In this document: positions 26,636-36,529 of the stretch, piece after piece
How positions within the stretch are numbered: position 1 is the stretch's first letter
How the letters are laid out: every line of letters begins with the position of its first letter
Source: an uncultured Actinomycetes bacterium
GTDB taxonomy: Bacteria; Actinomycetota; UBA4738; HRBIN12
DNA length: 64,000 nucleotides
Direction of reading: 5' to 3'
Assembly: GCA_963771385.1 (NCBI GenBank)
Contig: CAVYTE010000012.1
Span: 219,194 to 283,193 of the forward strand
Notes under the pieces: model-generated
Databases searched by the model: none
What the model saw: only the letters and a program-made list of their open reading frames with translations
Told to the model about the DNA's origin: nothing
Program-made: the position numbers and the translations under genes

Positions 26636-26822
26636 GCCTGGAGGCGGGGGGGCCGGCGGTCACGGACAACTCGAGCTCGGATGAAGGGCAGATGCGGGTG
26701 ATGGTTTCCACGTGTCCAAGGGTGGGGACGAAGGCTACGATGGGGGTTCTCCCTCGGATGACCTATCCCGACAGCTCAGCGCGATAACGTAGCGTCGAAG
26801 AGCATCTCTCCAGGACCGAGGA

Positions 26823-28628
26823 GTGTCGCTGAGCGAGCAGTTCGACGTCATCGTGATCGGCGGGGGGCCCGCCGGGTCGACCGCGGCCGGGTTCCTCGAT
26901 CAGATGGGCCACGACGTCCTGTTGCTCGAGCGCGAGACGTTCCCGCGGCATCACATCGGCGAATCGATGATCGCGGCGACCATCGACATCCTCGCCGAGA
27001 TCGGCCTCGAGGAGAAGCTCGCGACCGCAGGTTTCCCCGTGAAGTCGGGTGGGTGCTTCATGTGGGGACAGTCCCCCGACCCGTGGTGCATCCGTTTCGA
27101 GGAGATCCCCGGTCGTCCGACCTCGTATCAGGTCAAACGGTCGGTCTTCGACAAGGTGCTGCTCGACCACGTCGCGGAGCGAGGGGTCGACGTGCGCCAG
27201 GGCCATCGGGTGACGGACATGTTGACGGACGACACCGGCCACGTGACCGGTGTGAGGTTCACGGACGCGCAGGGAGCCGTCGGGACCGCGGCCGCACGCT
27301 ACACGATCGATGCCTCCGGCCTGTCCGCGGTGATCGCGAACCGGCTGTCGCGGCGAGTGCCGGTCGAGGAGCTGAAGAACATGTGCCTCTACGGCTACTG
27401 GACGGGTGAACATCCCCCGCCGGCCGCGCTCGGAGGAGACATCCGGCCCGACGACCGGAACAACATCATCATCAAGATGCTTCCGGACGGATGGCTGTGG
27501 TTCATCCCGCTCGGCCACCCAGGTGAGGAGGCGGACGAGCGATCGACCCGCGAGATCAGCGTCGGGTTCGTCGCCCCGCGCGCGAACCTGCCGGAGACCG
27601 GCGGCAAGGCGGCCCTCGAGGCCTTCTACCTGGACCACGTGCGCTCGACCGAAGAGTGGCAGTACCTGCTCCAGGGCGCGACGTACACGGGTGACTTCCA
27701 CACGATCAAGGATTGGTCCTACCGGAGCGACCAGATGGCCGGGCCCGGCTACTTCGCCGTCGGCGACGCATCCTGCTTCGTCGACCCGATCCTGTCCTCC
27801 GGCGTGTTCCTCGCCGTCCTGTACGCGAAGATGAGCGCGATCGCCGTGAACACGTTGCTCAGGACGGCGGCGCCGGAGCCACTGATCCAGGAGTGGTACC
27901 AGGGCCTCTACCTGGACACCTACTCGGACTACCTCGAGATGGCTCGATATTGGTACCACGGGCATCGTCAGGTCGGGATGTGGATGGATCGCGCGAAGGA
28001 GCGCCTCGGCGAGGAGGAGGAGACGGTCTTCGCGGACACGAACCGAGACGCCTTCATCGCCCTGGCGACCGGCAACACGCATGCCCATCCGAACTACGTC
28101 GTCTTGCGCACGCTCGAGTCCTTTCCCTTCCCGCTTCGGTTGCGCAAGGACCCCCGTGCCCAGTACTTCAAGCAAACCAGGACGGCGCTCCTGCAACACG
28201 CCGACCGCCGCTCGGCATCCGATGAGGAGGCACAGGAGATCGAGCGGTCGACGGAGGCACTGGCGAAGACCGAGCTGCGGCAGCAGGTGCTGAGTCTCCT
28301 CGGACAGGAGGGTCCGAGCCTGGACGACACGCCGACGGACCAACGCGATCGGATCGAACTGCCCGAGTCGGAGGTCATCGTGTCGAGTTCGTCGCATCTC
28401 GGCCTCGAGGCTATCGACGACATCGTGAACCTCGTTGTGGAGACGCCGAACGGCGAACGGCATGGCATCGACTGGGACGTCCAACGCAGGCTCATCGCCG
28501 AGTTCTCGGAGGCCAGGTCGATGGAACAGGTGGCGGAGCGGACCAGGATCACCGACGCCGAGATCGCTTCCTTCTGCAAGGAGATGCTCGCGGCCGGCGT
28601 GTTGGTGCCGGCTGACTCGTCCCGGTAG
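26823..28628 (+). CDS. Flavin-dependent halogenase family protein with C-terminal winged-helix (PqqD/RRE-like) extension
   Basis: GGGPAG, FPRHHIGES, AGFPVKSGG.F.WG (catalytic Lys position), GWLWFIP (WxWxIP), KDWSY, GDASCFVDPILSSGV. Confidence 0.85.
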   Translation: MSLSEQFDVIVIGGGPAGSTAAGFLDQMGHDVLLLERETFPRHHIGESMIAATIDILAEIGLEEKLATAGFPVKSGGCFMWGQSPDPWCIRFEEIPGRPTSYQVKRSVFDKVLLDHVAERGVDVRQGHRVTDMLTDDTGHVTGVRFTDAQGAVGTAAARYTIDASGLSAVIANRLSRRVPVEELKNMCLYGYWTGEHPPPAALGGDIRPDDRNNIIIKMLPDGWLWFIPLGHPGEEADERSTREISVGFVAPRANLPETGGKAALEAFYLDHVRSTEEWQYLLQGATYTGDFHTIKDWSYRSDQMAGPGYFAVGDASCFVDPILSSGVFLAVLYAKMSAIAVNTLLRTAAPEPLIQEWYQGLYLDTYSDYLEMARYWYHGHRQVGMWMDRAKERLGEEEETVFADTNRDAFIALATGNTHAHPNYVVLRTLESFPFPLRLRKDPRAQYFKQTRTALLQHADRRSASDEEAQEIERSTEALAKTELRQQVLSLLGQEGPSLDDTPTDQRDRIELPESEVIVSSSSHLGLEAIDDIVNLVVETPNGERHGIDWDVQRRLIAEFSEARSMEQVAERTRITDAEIASFCKEMLAAGVLVPADSSR

Positions 28629-28709
28629 TACCGGGGCGAGTCCCGCCGTCAGAACGCGGAGCGGTCGATCGTGATCGCCGACCGCGTCGGCCGGGCCGAG
28701 CCGCTCGGA

Positions 28710-29405
28710 TCAGCAGGCAACCTCGCCCGGCCACAGGTTCGCGATGCGCCGGACGCACGCCGAGACCCGCGTCCAGGGCCGGACCATGAGGTCGAACGAG
28801 CGCTCGCCGCTGAACGGACAGTCGTCCTCGACGACGCGGAACCGGAGACCGTGCGCGGTCACCTCGAACGCGTAGATCCCGGGGGTCTGCGGACAGTTCG
28901 CGTCGTTGAACAGCGTCACCCGGTCATCCTCGACGACGAAGCTCCCCATCGTTCGGAAGTCGGAGAGCTGATGGTGCAGGTAGTACGCGCCGCGCGTGAA
29001 GATCAGCGTGCTGACGCCGGCGTCGATCCGGAACGGCGGGCATCGCAGGCACCGATAGGGAAGCCCGATCCTCGCTCCCCCGACGTCGCGGAGCGTCAGC
29101 GTCCGCAGGTACGTCCCGTCGAGGGCCGAAGGGTCGGGCGGCGGCGTCGGCGACATGAAGGGATACGGCAGCAGCGTGGGATCGTCGATCGTCCGGTCCA
29201 CCGAGATCCTGGCCGGCGCGCCTCCGACCCGCACGTATCCGCTCGAGGACGGCTCCGGCGTCCCCGCCGCAGGGGTTCCCGCCGGAGGCGATCCCGGGGC
29301 CGCCTCGGAGGGCTCCGCGCGGTCGGTGGCATCGGCCTCGCACCCGGCGGCGAGGAGTGACAGCACGACGACGGCCGCGAGGGCGACGGGACGCAGGCCG
29401 CTCAC
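28710..29405 (-). CDS. Putative lipoprotein
   Basis: GTG overlapping the guaA stop; signal peptide ending LLAAG-C; Pro/Ala linker; beta-rich domain with several Cys. Confidence 0.7.
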   Translation of the reverse strand: MSGLRPVALAAVVVLSLLAAGCEADATDRAEPSEAAPGSPPAGTPAAGTPEPSSSGYVRVGGAPARISVDRTIDDPTLLPYPFMSPTPPPDPSALDGTYLRTLTLRDVGGARIGLPYRCLRCPPFRIDAGVSTLIFTRGAYYLHHQLSDFRTMGSFVVEDDRVTLFNDANCPQTPGIYAFEVTAHGLRFRVVEDDCPFSGERSFDLMVRPWTRVSACVRRIANLWPGEVAC

Positions 29406-30946
29406 TCCCACTCGATCGTGCCGGGCGGCTTGCTCGTCACGTCGTACGCGACACGGTTCACGCCGGGCACCTCGCGCACCACCCGTCGCGAGATGCGATC
29501 GAGCACCTCGTGCGGCAACCTGGCCCAGTCGGCCGTCATCGCGTCCTCGCTCGTGACCGCCCGCAGGATCACCGGGTGTTCGTACGTCCGCCCGTCCCCC
29601 ATCACCCCGACGCTGCGGACACCGGCGAGCAGGACGCAGAACGCCTGCCAGGTCTCCTGCTCCAGGCCGACGCGCCGGATCTCCTCTCGGACGATGTGAT
29701 CGGCCGCCCGCACGATCCGCAGGTTCTCGCCGGTCACCTCGCCGACGATCCGAACGGCGAGGCCCGGCCCCGGGAACGGCTGGCGAGCGACGATCTCCTC
29801 GGGGAGACCGAGCTCGCTCCCGACCGCCCGGACCTCGTCCTTGAACAGGTCTCGCAACGGTTCGACGAGCTCGAGATCCATGTGCTCGGGCAGGCCGCCG
29901 ACGTTGTGATGGCTCTTGATCTTCGCCGCGGTCCGGGAACCGCTCTCGATCACGTCGGGGTACAGCGTCCCCTGCACGAGGAAGCGCGCGCCTCTCCGCT
30001 CGCGGGCCACCTCCTCGAAGACGCGGATGAACTCCTCGCCGATGCGCTTGCGTTTGTCCTCCGGGTCGGACACCCGCTCGAGACGCGCCAGGAACCGGTC
30101 CGCGGCCTTCACGTGGACGAGCGGCACGCGGAGATGGCGCCCGAACGTCTCCTCCACCTGCTCGGGCTCGCCCTCGCGCAGGAGCCCGGTATCGACGAAC
30201 ACGCAGGTCAGCTGCTCGCCCACGGCCTTGTGGACCAGCAGCGCCGCGACCGCAGAATCGACCCCGCCGGACAGGGCGCACAGCACCTCGGCGTCACCGA
30301 CCTGCGCTCGCACCCCTGCCACGCTCCGCTCGATGACGTTGGCCGGGGTCCATGCGGGGAGCAGGCCGCACCCGTCGTAGAGGAACCGCTTCATGATCAG
30401 CGTCCCCTTGGGCGTGTGCGCGACCTCGGGGTGGAACTGGACCGAGAACAGCCCGCGTTCGGGGTCCTCCATCGAGGCGATCGGGATCGCGTCGGTACGG
30501 CCCGTCACGCGGAAGCCCTCGGGCGCGCGCGTGACGGCGTCGCCGTGGCTCATCCAGACCGGTTCACGCTCCGCGAGATCGCGGAGCAACGTCCCGGGCT
30601 CGATCACCCGGAGCTCGGTCGCCCCGTACTCTCGCTGACCGGTAGCAGAGACCTCGCCGCCCAGCGCGCGCGCCATCAGCTGGTGGCCGTAGCAGATGCC
30701 CAGGACCGGCGCCCCGAGCTCGAACACGCCCGGGTCGACCGAGGGCGCCCCCTCCTCGTACACGGAGGCCGGGCCGCCCGAGAGCACGATCCCGGCCGGC
30801 CGCATCCGGGCGAGTTCCGAGACCGGCAGGTCGTGCGCCACGATCTCGGAGTACACGTGGCACTCGCGGATCCGCCGGGCGATCAGCTGTGCGTACTGCG
30901 CCCCGAGGTCGACGACGAGGACCGGCCGCGAGGTCGAGGAGCTCAC
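29402..30946 (-). CDS. guaA: GMP synthase (glutamine-hydrolysing)
   Basis: [47 protein letters not shown]. Confidence 0.98.
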   Translation of the reverse strand: MSSSTSRPVLVVDLGAQYAQLIARRIRECHVYSEIVAHDLPVSELARMRPAGIVLSGGPASVYEEGAPSVDPGVFELGAPVLGICYGHQLMARALGGEVSATGQREYGATELRVIEPGTLLRDLAEREPVWMSHGDAVTRAPEGFRVTGRTDAIPIASMEDPERGLFSVQFHPEVAHTPKGTLIMKRFLYDGCGLLPAWTPANVIERSVAGVRAQVGDAEVLCALSGGVDSAVAALLVHKAVGEQLTCVFVDTGLLREGEPEQVEETFGRHLRVPLVHVKAADRFLARLERVSDPEDKRKRIGEEFIRVFEEVARERRGARFLVQGTLYPDVIESGSRTAAKIKSHHNVGGLPEHMDLELVEPLRDLFKDEVRAVGSELGLPEEIVARQPFPGPGLAVRIVGEVTGENLRIVRAADHIVREEIRRVGLEQETWQAFCVLLAGVRSVGVMGDGRTYEHPVILRAVTSEDAMTADWARLPHEVLDRISRRVVREVPGVNRVAYDVTSKPPGTIEWE

Positions 30947-30947
30947 C

Positions 30948-32108
30948 TCAGTGGCCCATCCCCACCCGCTGTGCCGTCTGATACGTCTTGCCCTCGGTCT
31001 TGATCGCGGGCGCGACCACAAGCTCGGCCTTCTGGAACTCGCGGATCGTCGCGTAGCCGGTCGTCGCCATCGAGGTGGCGAGCGCGCCGAACAGGTTGAA
31101 CGTGCCGTCGTTCTCGTGCGCCGGCCCGACGAGGATCTCCTCGAGCGAGCCCACCTGCTGGGTCTTCACGCGTGCGCCGCGCGGGAGCGTCGGGTGGAAG
31201 GTGGCCATCCCCCAGTGGTAGCCGCGGCCCGGCGCCTCGTACGCACGCGTCAACGGGGAGCCGATCATCACGGCGTCCGCGCCGCACGCGATCGCCTTCG
31301 CGATGTCGCCGCCGGTCCGCATGCCCCCGTCGGCGATCACGTGGCAGTAGCGACCGGTCTCACGCAGGTGCTCCATCCTCGCGGCCGCGGCGTCCGCGAT
31401 GGCGGTGGCCTGCGGCACACCCACGCCCAGCACCCCCCGCGTGGTGCACGCGTTCCCCGGTCCGACCCCGACGAGCACCCCGACGGCACCGGTGCGCATG
31501 AGGTGGAGCGCCGTCGTGTAGGAGGCGCATCCGCCGACGATCACCGGAAGCTCGAAGCGGGCGATGAACTCCTTCAGGTTCAGCGGCTGGGTCTGCGCCG
31601 AGACGTGTTCGGCCGACACGACCGTGCCCTGGATCACGAGGATGTCGAGCCCCGCCTCCAGCACGAGCTTCGCGTAGCGCTCGACGCGTTGCGGCGTCAA
31701 CGAAGCGCTCGAGACGACCCCGCCCTCGTTGATCTCCCGGATCCGGCGGCCGATCAGCTCCTCCTTCACCGGTTCGCGATAGAGATCCTGCATCCGGCGG
31801 GTGGCCTTCTCGTCGGGCAGCGCCGCGATCTCCTCGTAGACCGACTCGGGATCCTCGAAGCGCGTCCACAGACCCTCGAGGTTCAGGCACGCGAGGCCGC
31901 CGAGCCGGCCGACCTGCACCGCCGTCGCCGGCGAGATCGCGGCATCCATCGCCGACGCCATCATCGGCATGGCGAACGTGTACGCGTCGATCTGCCACGA
32001 GATGTCCACGTCGTCGGGATCGCGGGTCCGTCTCGACGGCACGATCGCGACCTCGTCGAACCCGTAGGCGCGTCTCGCGACCTTCCCCTTCCCGAGCTCG
32101 ATCTCCAT
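30948..32108 (-). CDS. guaB3: GuaB3-family IMP dehydrogenase-related protein
   Basis: [52 protein letters not shown]; no CBS domains. Confidence 0.9.
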   Translation of the reverse strand: MEIELGKGKVARRAYGFDEVAIVPSRRTRDPDDVDISWQIDAYTFAMPMMASAMDAAISPATAVQVGRLGGLACLNLEGLWTRFEDPESVYEEIAALPDEKATRRMQDLYREPVKEELIGRRIREINEGGVVSSASLTPQRVERYAKLVLEAGLDILVIQGTVVSAEHVSAQTQPLNLKEFIARFELPVIVGGCASYTTALHLMRTGAVGVLVGVGPGNACTTRGVLGVGVPQATAIADAAAARMEHLRETGRYCHVIADGGMRTGGDIAKAIACGADAVMIGSPLTRAYEAPGRGYHWGMATFHPTLPRGARVKTQQVGSLEEILVGPAHENDGTFNLFGALATSMATTGYATIREFQKAELVVAPAIKTEGKTYQTAQRVGMGH

Positions 32109-32131
32109 GCCGACTCCCCCAGATATGCAGA

Positions 32132-32159
32132 GACGCCCACCCCGTCTCGGGTGGGCGTC
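32132..32159 (-). promoter_or_regulatory. Hairpin in the guaB3 5' leader
   Basis: Perfect 11-bp stem GACGCCCACCC/GGGTGGGCGTC with 6-nt loop, just upstream of the SD. Confidence 0.6.
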
Positions 32160-32362
32160 GTCACTCCATGTGGGCACGGTACCACGGCCTCGCGTCGATC
32201 CCGCCGTTCGGCCGCGATCCTCGATCGCTCTTGAGGCTCGCGGGGCGAGATGGGGGAAATCACCAGCAGCAGGCGAGGTAGGCTCGCCGACGGATTGCAT
32301 GTGCACCGGCCAGACCGAACAATCCCGACGGAGCCGGCAGCGTACGGAAAGGAGACCGGATC

Positions 32363-33124
32363 ATGGACGAGCCCCGCCTGAAGTCGGGCCTGTTCGGCTA
32401 CTCGCGAAAGAGTGTGCAGGCATCCATGAATGAGCGAGACCTCCGGATGGTCCAGTCCGCCCAGGAGCTCCGGGAGGCGGAATCGCGGGCGGCGGAGACC
32501 GCGAGCGAGCTCGAGGCGGTCCGGCGCGATGCAACGGGACAGAAGGAGCGGGCCGACCGTGCGGAGGCTTCGATCTCGCGCCTGCGAACCGAGCTCGACG
32601 AGATGCGGACGGGGCGGATCGAGGCGGACCGGCGGATCGGACAGCTCGAAACGAGCATCCTGGCGCTCACGGCCGAGCGGGACGAGGCCGCCGAGCGGGC
32701 CCGCCTCATCGAAGGCGAGGCGTCGCCAACATCGATCGGGGCGCTCAAGGAAGTCCTCGACGCGACCAGAGCGGCCGTCGCCGAGATCCTCGAGGACGGG
32801 CGTCGCCGAGCAGAAGAGGAGCTCCGCGAGAGCGAACGGGAGCGAGACGCGCTCCGCGGCGAGATCGAGCAGCTCGCAGCCTGGCGCGACAAGGTCATGC
32901 CGCTCGCCGACGAGGTCAGGCGCTCGATCGACGAGGCGCGGACGCACACCACGTCGCTGTCCGGGCATCTGTCCGTGCTCGCGCAGACCCCGCCCCCATT
33001 GACGCTGGCCGGCCGCCCGACTCGCTTGGAGGAGTCTGACGACCTGATCCGATTGGAGGGTTCAGCGCAGGAGGCACCGCGAGAGGAGCCGGCGACCCCC
33101 TGGAAGCAGTCGAGCGCGACCTAA
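32363..33124 (+). CDS. Coiled-coil protein with DivIVA-like N-terminus
   Basis: LKSGLFGYSRKSV resembles the DivIVA GY motif; long heptad-rich E/R/A helix; AAGGAG SD. Confidence 0.6.
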   Translation: MDEPRLKSGLFGYSRKSVQASMNERDLRMVQSAQELREAESRAAETASELEAVRRDATGQKERADRAEASISRLRTELDEMRTGRIEADRRIGQLETSILALTAERDEAAERARLIEGEASPTSIGALKEVLDATRAAVAEILEDGRRRAEEELRESERERDALRGEIEQLAAWRDKVMPLADEVRRSIDEARTHTTSLSGHLSVLAQTPPPLTLAGRPTRLEESDDLIRLEGSAQEAPREEPATPWKQSSAT

Positions 33125-33205
33125 CATCCCGTATCACGGTCGGTTCTTCCCCGGGTCGAACTCCCACGCCCGCAACCCGGTCGCCACCTGCGATGATGAG
33201 CCGCC

Positions 33206-35214
33206 GTGGATCCTCGATCTGGGCGCAGGCGCCTTCAACGACGCGCCGTCCTGGTCGGCTTCCTCGTCCTCGGGGCGGCCACCGCACTCCTTGCTCTCTC
33301 CATGGTCTTCACGGTTCGAAACGTGCGGGAGGACCTCTTGCGGGGCCGATCCGCTGATGGAGCAAGGTCGGGACCAGCTCCTCGCCGGCGACGCCCAAGC
33401 GGCCGCGAAGTCGTTCCGCGAGGGGGAGCAATTGTTCGCTCGCGCCGAGGACCGGACGGACGGACCCGCGTTCTGGGTAACTGGCTGGCTGCCGATCGTC
33501 GGTCGGACGACCGACGCGGTCGGCGCGATCGCGTCCTCCACGGCAACGGCCGCGGCGGCGGCGATCGATCTGGCGGATGCGGCGGCGGAGATCCCGGGCG
33601 GCCTCTCCGGGCTCGCTCCCACCGATGGACGGATCCCCATCGAACGGCTCCAACCGCTGGCGCGTGCGGCCGAGCAAGCAGATGGGCGGATGACGATGGC
33701 CGTCTCACGCCTCGACGAAGCCCCGACGTCCCTGCTCCTCGGGTCGGTGGGAACCGCCCGTCGAGACGCCGAGGAGGAGCTGGACGAGCTCGCCGACGCG
33801 ATCCATGCGGCTTCCCTCCTGTTGCAGGGTCTTACCAGGGTTCCTCGGGGGTGACGAACCGAAGACGTACTTCTTCGGCGCCCAGAATCCGGCCGAGCTC
33901 CGCGGAACCGGAGGGCTGATCGGGGCGTACTCGACCCTCAGGGTGGAGGACGGACGGTTCCGCTTCTCGCCCTTCGTTCCGATCCACAACCTCGAGAGTC
34001 CACCGTTGAGGAGCATCCCACCGCCGAACGCGGACTTCTCCGCGAACTACGACCAGTTCCGTCGCGGTGGGCGATTCTGGACATCGATCAACGTGATGCC
34101 GGACTTCCCGTCGGTGGCGCAGGCGATCCTGAGCTCGTACGAGGCAGCCACGGGCACGGAGCTCGATGGCGTGATCCTCGCGGACCCATTCGCGGAGGCG
34201 GCATTACTCGCTGCCTCCGGGCCGATACGGCTTCCCGGCTACGACGTCGAGATCGGTGCGGACAACGTGGTCACCTTCACGACCAACGAGGCGTATTCCG
34301 TGTTCACGGATCCGGTCAGACGCAAGCGCGTGCTCGGAGACGTGGCCAGGGCCGCATTCGAGCGCTTCGTCAACCAGCCTTCCGCCGACTTCGGGGACCT
34401 GAAGGAGCTCATCGATGCAGCCGGCGAACGCCACATCCAGGTGTTCTCCGAGGACCCGAGCATGCAGGCGGCCCTGAACGCGACCGCGATCGGCGGAGCG
34501 CTCCGTCCCCCGAGAGCCGACGGTGACCTCCTCTCGGTCGTTGTGAACAGCGCGGCAGGGTCGAAGGTCGACTTCTATCAGGAACGGAACATCAGCTACT
34601 CGGTCGATCTCGGTGACGACGGTGCGGCGACCGCCGAGCTCGAACTCACGCTCCGGAACACCGCGCCGACGTCCGGACCGCCCCGATACGTCATCGGACC
34701 CTTCCCGGTCGTCGATGGGGGCGCGGGACCGATCCTGCGAGGTCTCGAGGCGGGGGAGAGCGTCGCACTGGTCAATGTGTATTGCGGGGCTGACTGCATC
34801 CCGCGTGAGGCCCGTATGCATGGAGCTCCCGTCGAGGTGGCGACCAACGAAGACCTGGGTATCCGATACGTGCAGCACTATTTCCCGATCCGAAGTGGGG
34901 AGCAGGAGACGCTGACGCTGTCGTGGGACGAACCCGAAGCGTGGGAGGGGAACAGCTCGGGCGGCGCCTACCAGATGACGTTCACGAATCAGATCACGAT
35001 CCGTCCCGCGACCCTGAACCTTCGGATCGAGGCACCCTCAGGCATGCAGATCGCCTCCGTAGACCCCCCGCTACAGATCCTCGGCAACGCCGCTGTCTAC
35101 GTCGGCCAGCCGGGTCCTCGTCTCGATGTGACGGTCGAGTTCAAACCGCCGCTCCCCACGAGGTTGTGGCGGAACGTTGGCCGGTTCCTCACGACGCCCG
35201 TCTTCGAGATCTGA
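33206..35214 (+). CDS. DUF4012 domain membrane-anchored protein (frameshifted)
   Basis: N-terminal TM, helical region, then FGAQNPAELRGTGGLIG, NVMPDFP, LDGVILADP, SKVDFY. Confidence 0.85.
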
Positions 35215-35243
35215 CGAGGAAGGAACTCGGGCGTTGCCGCGTC

Positions 35244-35507
35244 CTAGGCTCGAGCAGACCTCGCGCGCCGCCTGGCCGCCAAGAGCGATCCGACCCCGAG
35301 GATCAGCAAGACCCCCGCCATGATCATCCACACGGTGATCTCGGTTCCGGTGAACGCGGTTCCGCCGGGCGGCCGTACCGCATCGTCGATCACGTCTCCG
35401 AGGACATCGTCGTTCCCGGGCGGGACGTTGGACTGGGCCAGCGCCGATCCCGCGGAAACGAGCATGAGCGATACGGCTCCGAGGACCGCGACCACGAATC
35501 TCCTCAT
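35244..35507 (-). CDS. Tiny secreted protein with class E sortase-type sorting signal (TAFTG)
   Basis: Signal peptide ...SALA|Q; TAFTG, then TM helix, then RRRARSARA tail. Confidence 0.8.
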   Translation of the reverse strand: MRRFVVAVLGAVSLMLVSAGSALAQSNVPPGNDDVLGDVIDDAVRPPGGTAFTGTEITVWMIMAGVLLILGVGSLLAARRRARSARA

Positions 35508-35579
35508 CCCGACCATCCTTCGCCTAGCGGCCATTCTTCCTAAGCTTAGCCTTCCACGTTCGCATCCGCAAAGCCCTCA

Positions 35580-36527
35580 TCAGTCGTCGATGTTCCAGGT
35601 CGTTCGGGCCCATTCGATCGTCCGGGACAGCCCATCGGTCAGTGAGCTTCGAGGCGACCAGCCGAGGAGGGACGACGCGACGGCGATGTCCGGGCAACGG
35701 ACCTCAGGGTCGTCGATCGGCCGTTCGGTGAACGTCACCTCTGACGCGCTCCCGACGAGCAGGACGATCGTCCGTGCGAGGTCGAGCACCTTGATCTCCT
35801 CCGGGTTGCCGAGGTTGACGGGTGTTCCGATCACATCGGATGAAAGGAGCCGCCAGATCCCGTCGATGAGATCATCCACGTAGCAGAGTGAGCGCGTTTG
35901 CGAGCCGTCCCCGTGGACCGTGACGTCCGTACCATCGAGCGCCTGGCTGATGAACGTCGGGACAGCCCTGCCGTCACGCCTTCTCATCTGGGGACCGTAC
36001 GTATTGAAGATCCGCGCGATCTTGACCGGCAGGCCGTGCGTGCGATGGTAGGCCATCGACAACGCCTCCGCATATCGCTTCGCCTCGTCGTAGACGGCTC
36101 TGGGACCGATCGGATTCACGTTGCCCCAGTAGCGTTCGGGCTGCGGATGAACCAGGGGGTCGCCGTAGACCTCGGACGTGGATGCGAGGAGGAAACCGGC
36201 CGACTTCGACTTGGCCAACTCGAGGCTGTGCAGTGTCCCGAGGGCCCCCACCTTCAGCGTGGGGATCGCATGCGCGAGATAGTCACGCGGCGAGGCGGGC
36301 GAGGCGAAGTGGAGGACCCAATCGACGGCGCCGTCCACGGCGAACGGCTCGGTCACGTCGTGGCGCACGAACGTGAACCCACGTTGGGACATGGCGCCGG
36401 CGAGGTTCTCCGTGCTCCCGGTCAGCAGCGAGTCGAAGCACACGACCTCCAGTCCCTCCGCGAGGAGACGGACGCACAGATGCGACCCGAGGAAACCGGC
36501 GCCACCGGTGACGATCGCTCTCGGCAT
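35580..36527 (-). CDS. UDP-glucuronate decarboxylase (UDP-xylose synthase) family
   Basis: [62 protein letters not shown]. Confidence 0.92.
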   Translation of the reverse strand: MPRAIVTGGAGFLGSHLCVRLLAEGLEVVCFDSLLTGSTENLAGAMSQRGFTFVRHDVTEPFAVDGAVDWVLHFASPASPRDYLAHAIPTLKVGALGTLHSLELAKSKSAGFLLASTSEVYGDPLVHPQPERYWGNVNPIGPRAVYDEAKRYAEALSMAYHRTHGLPVKIARIFNTYGPQMRRRDGRAVPTFISQALDGTDVTVHGDGSQTRSLCYVDDLIDGIWRLLSSDVIGTPVNLGNPEEIKVLDLARTIVLLVGSASEVTFTERPIDDPEVRCPDIAVASSLLGWSPRSSLTDGLSRTIEWARTTWNIDD

Positions 36528-36529
36528 GC

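Noticed and set aside
26823-28628. Halogenase as part of an NRPS/PKS biosynthetic gene cluster
   Set aside because: No carrier protein, adenylation, ketosynthase or dedicated transporter genes nearby; the flanks are housekeeping genes.
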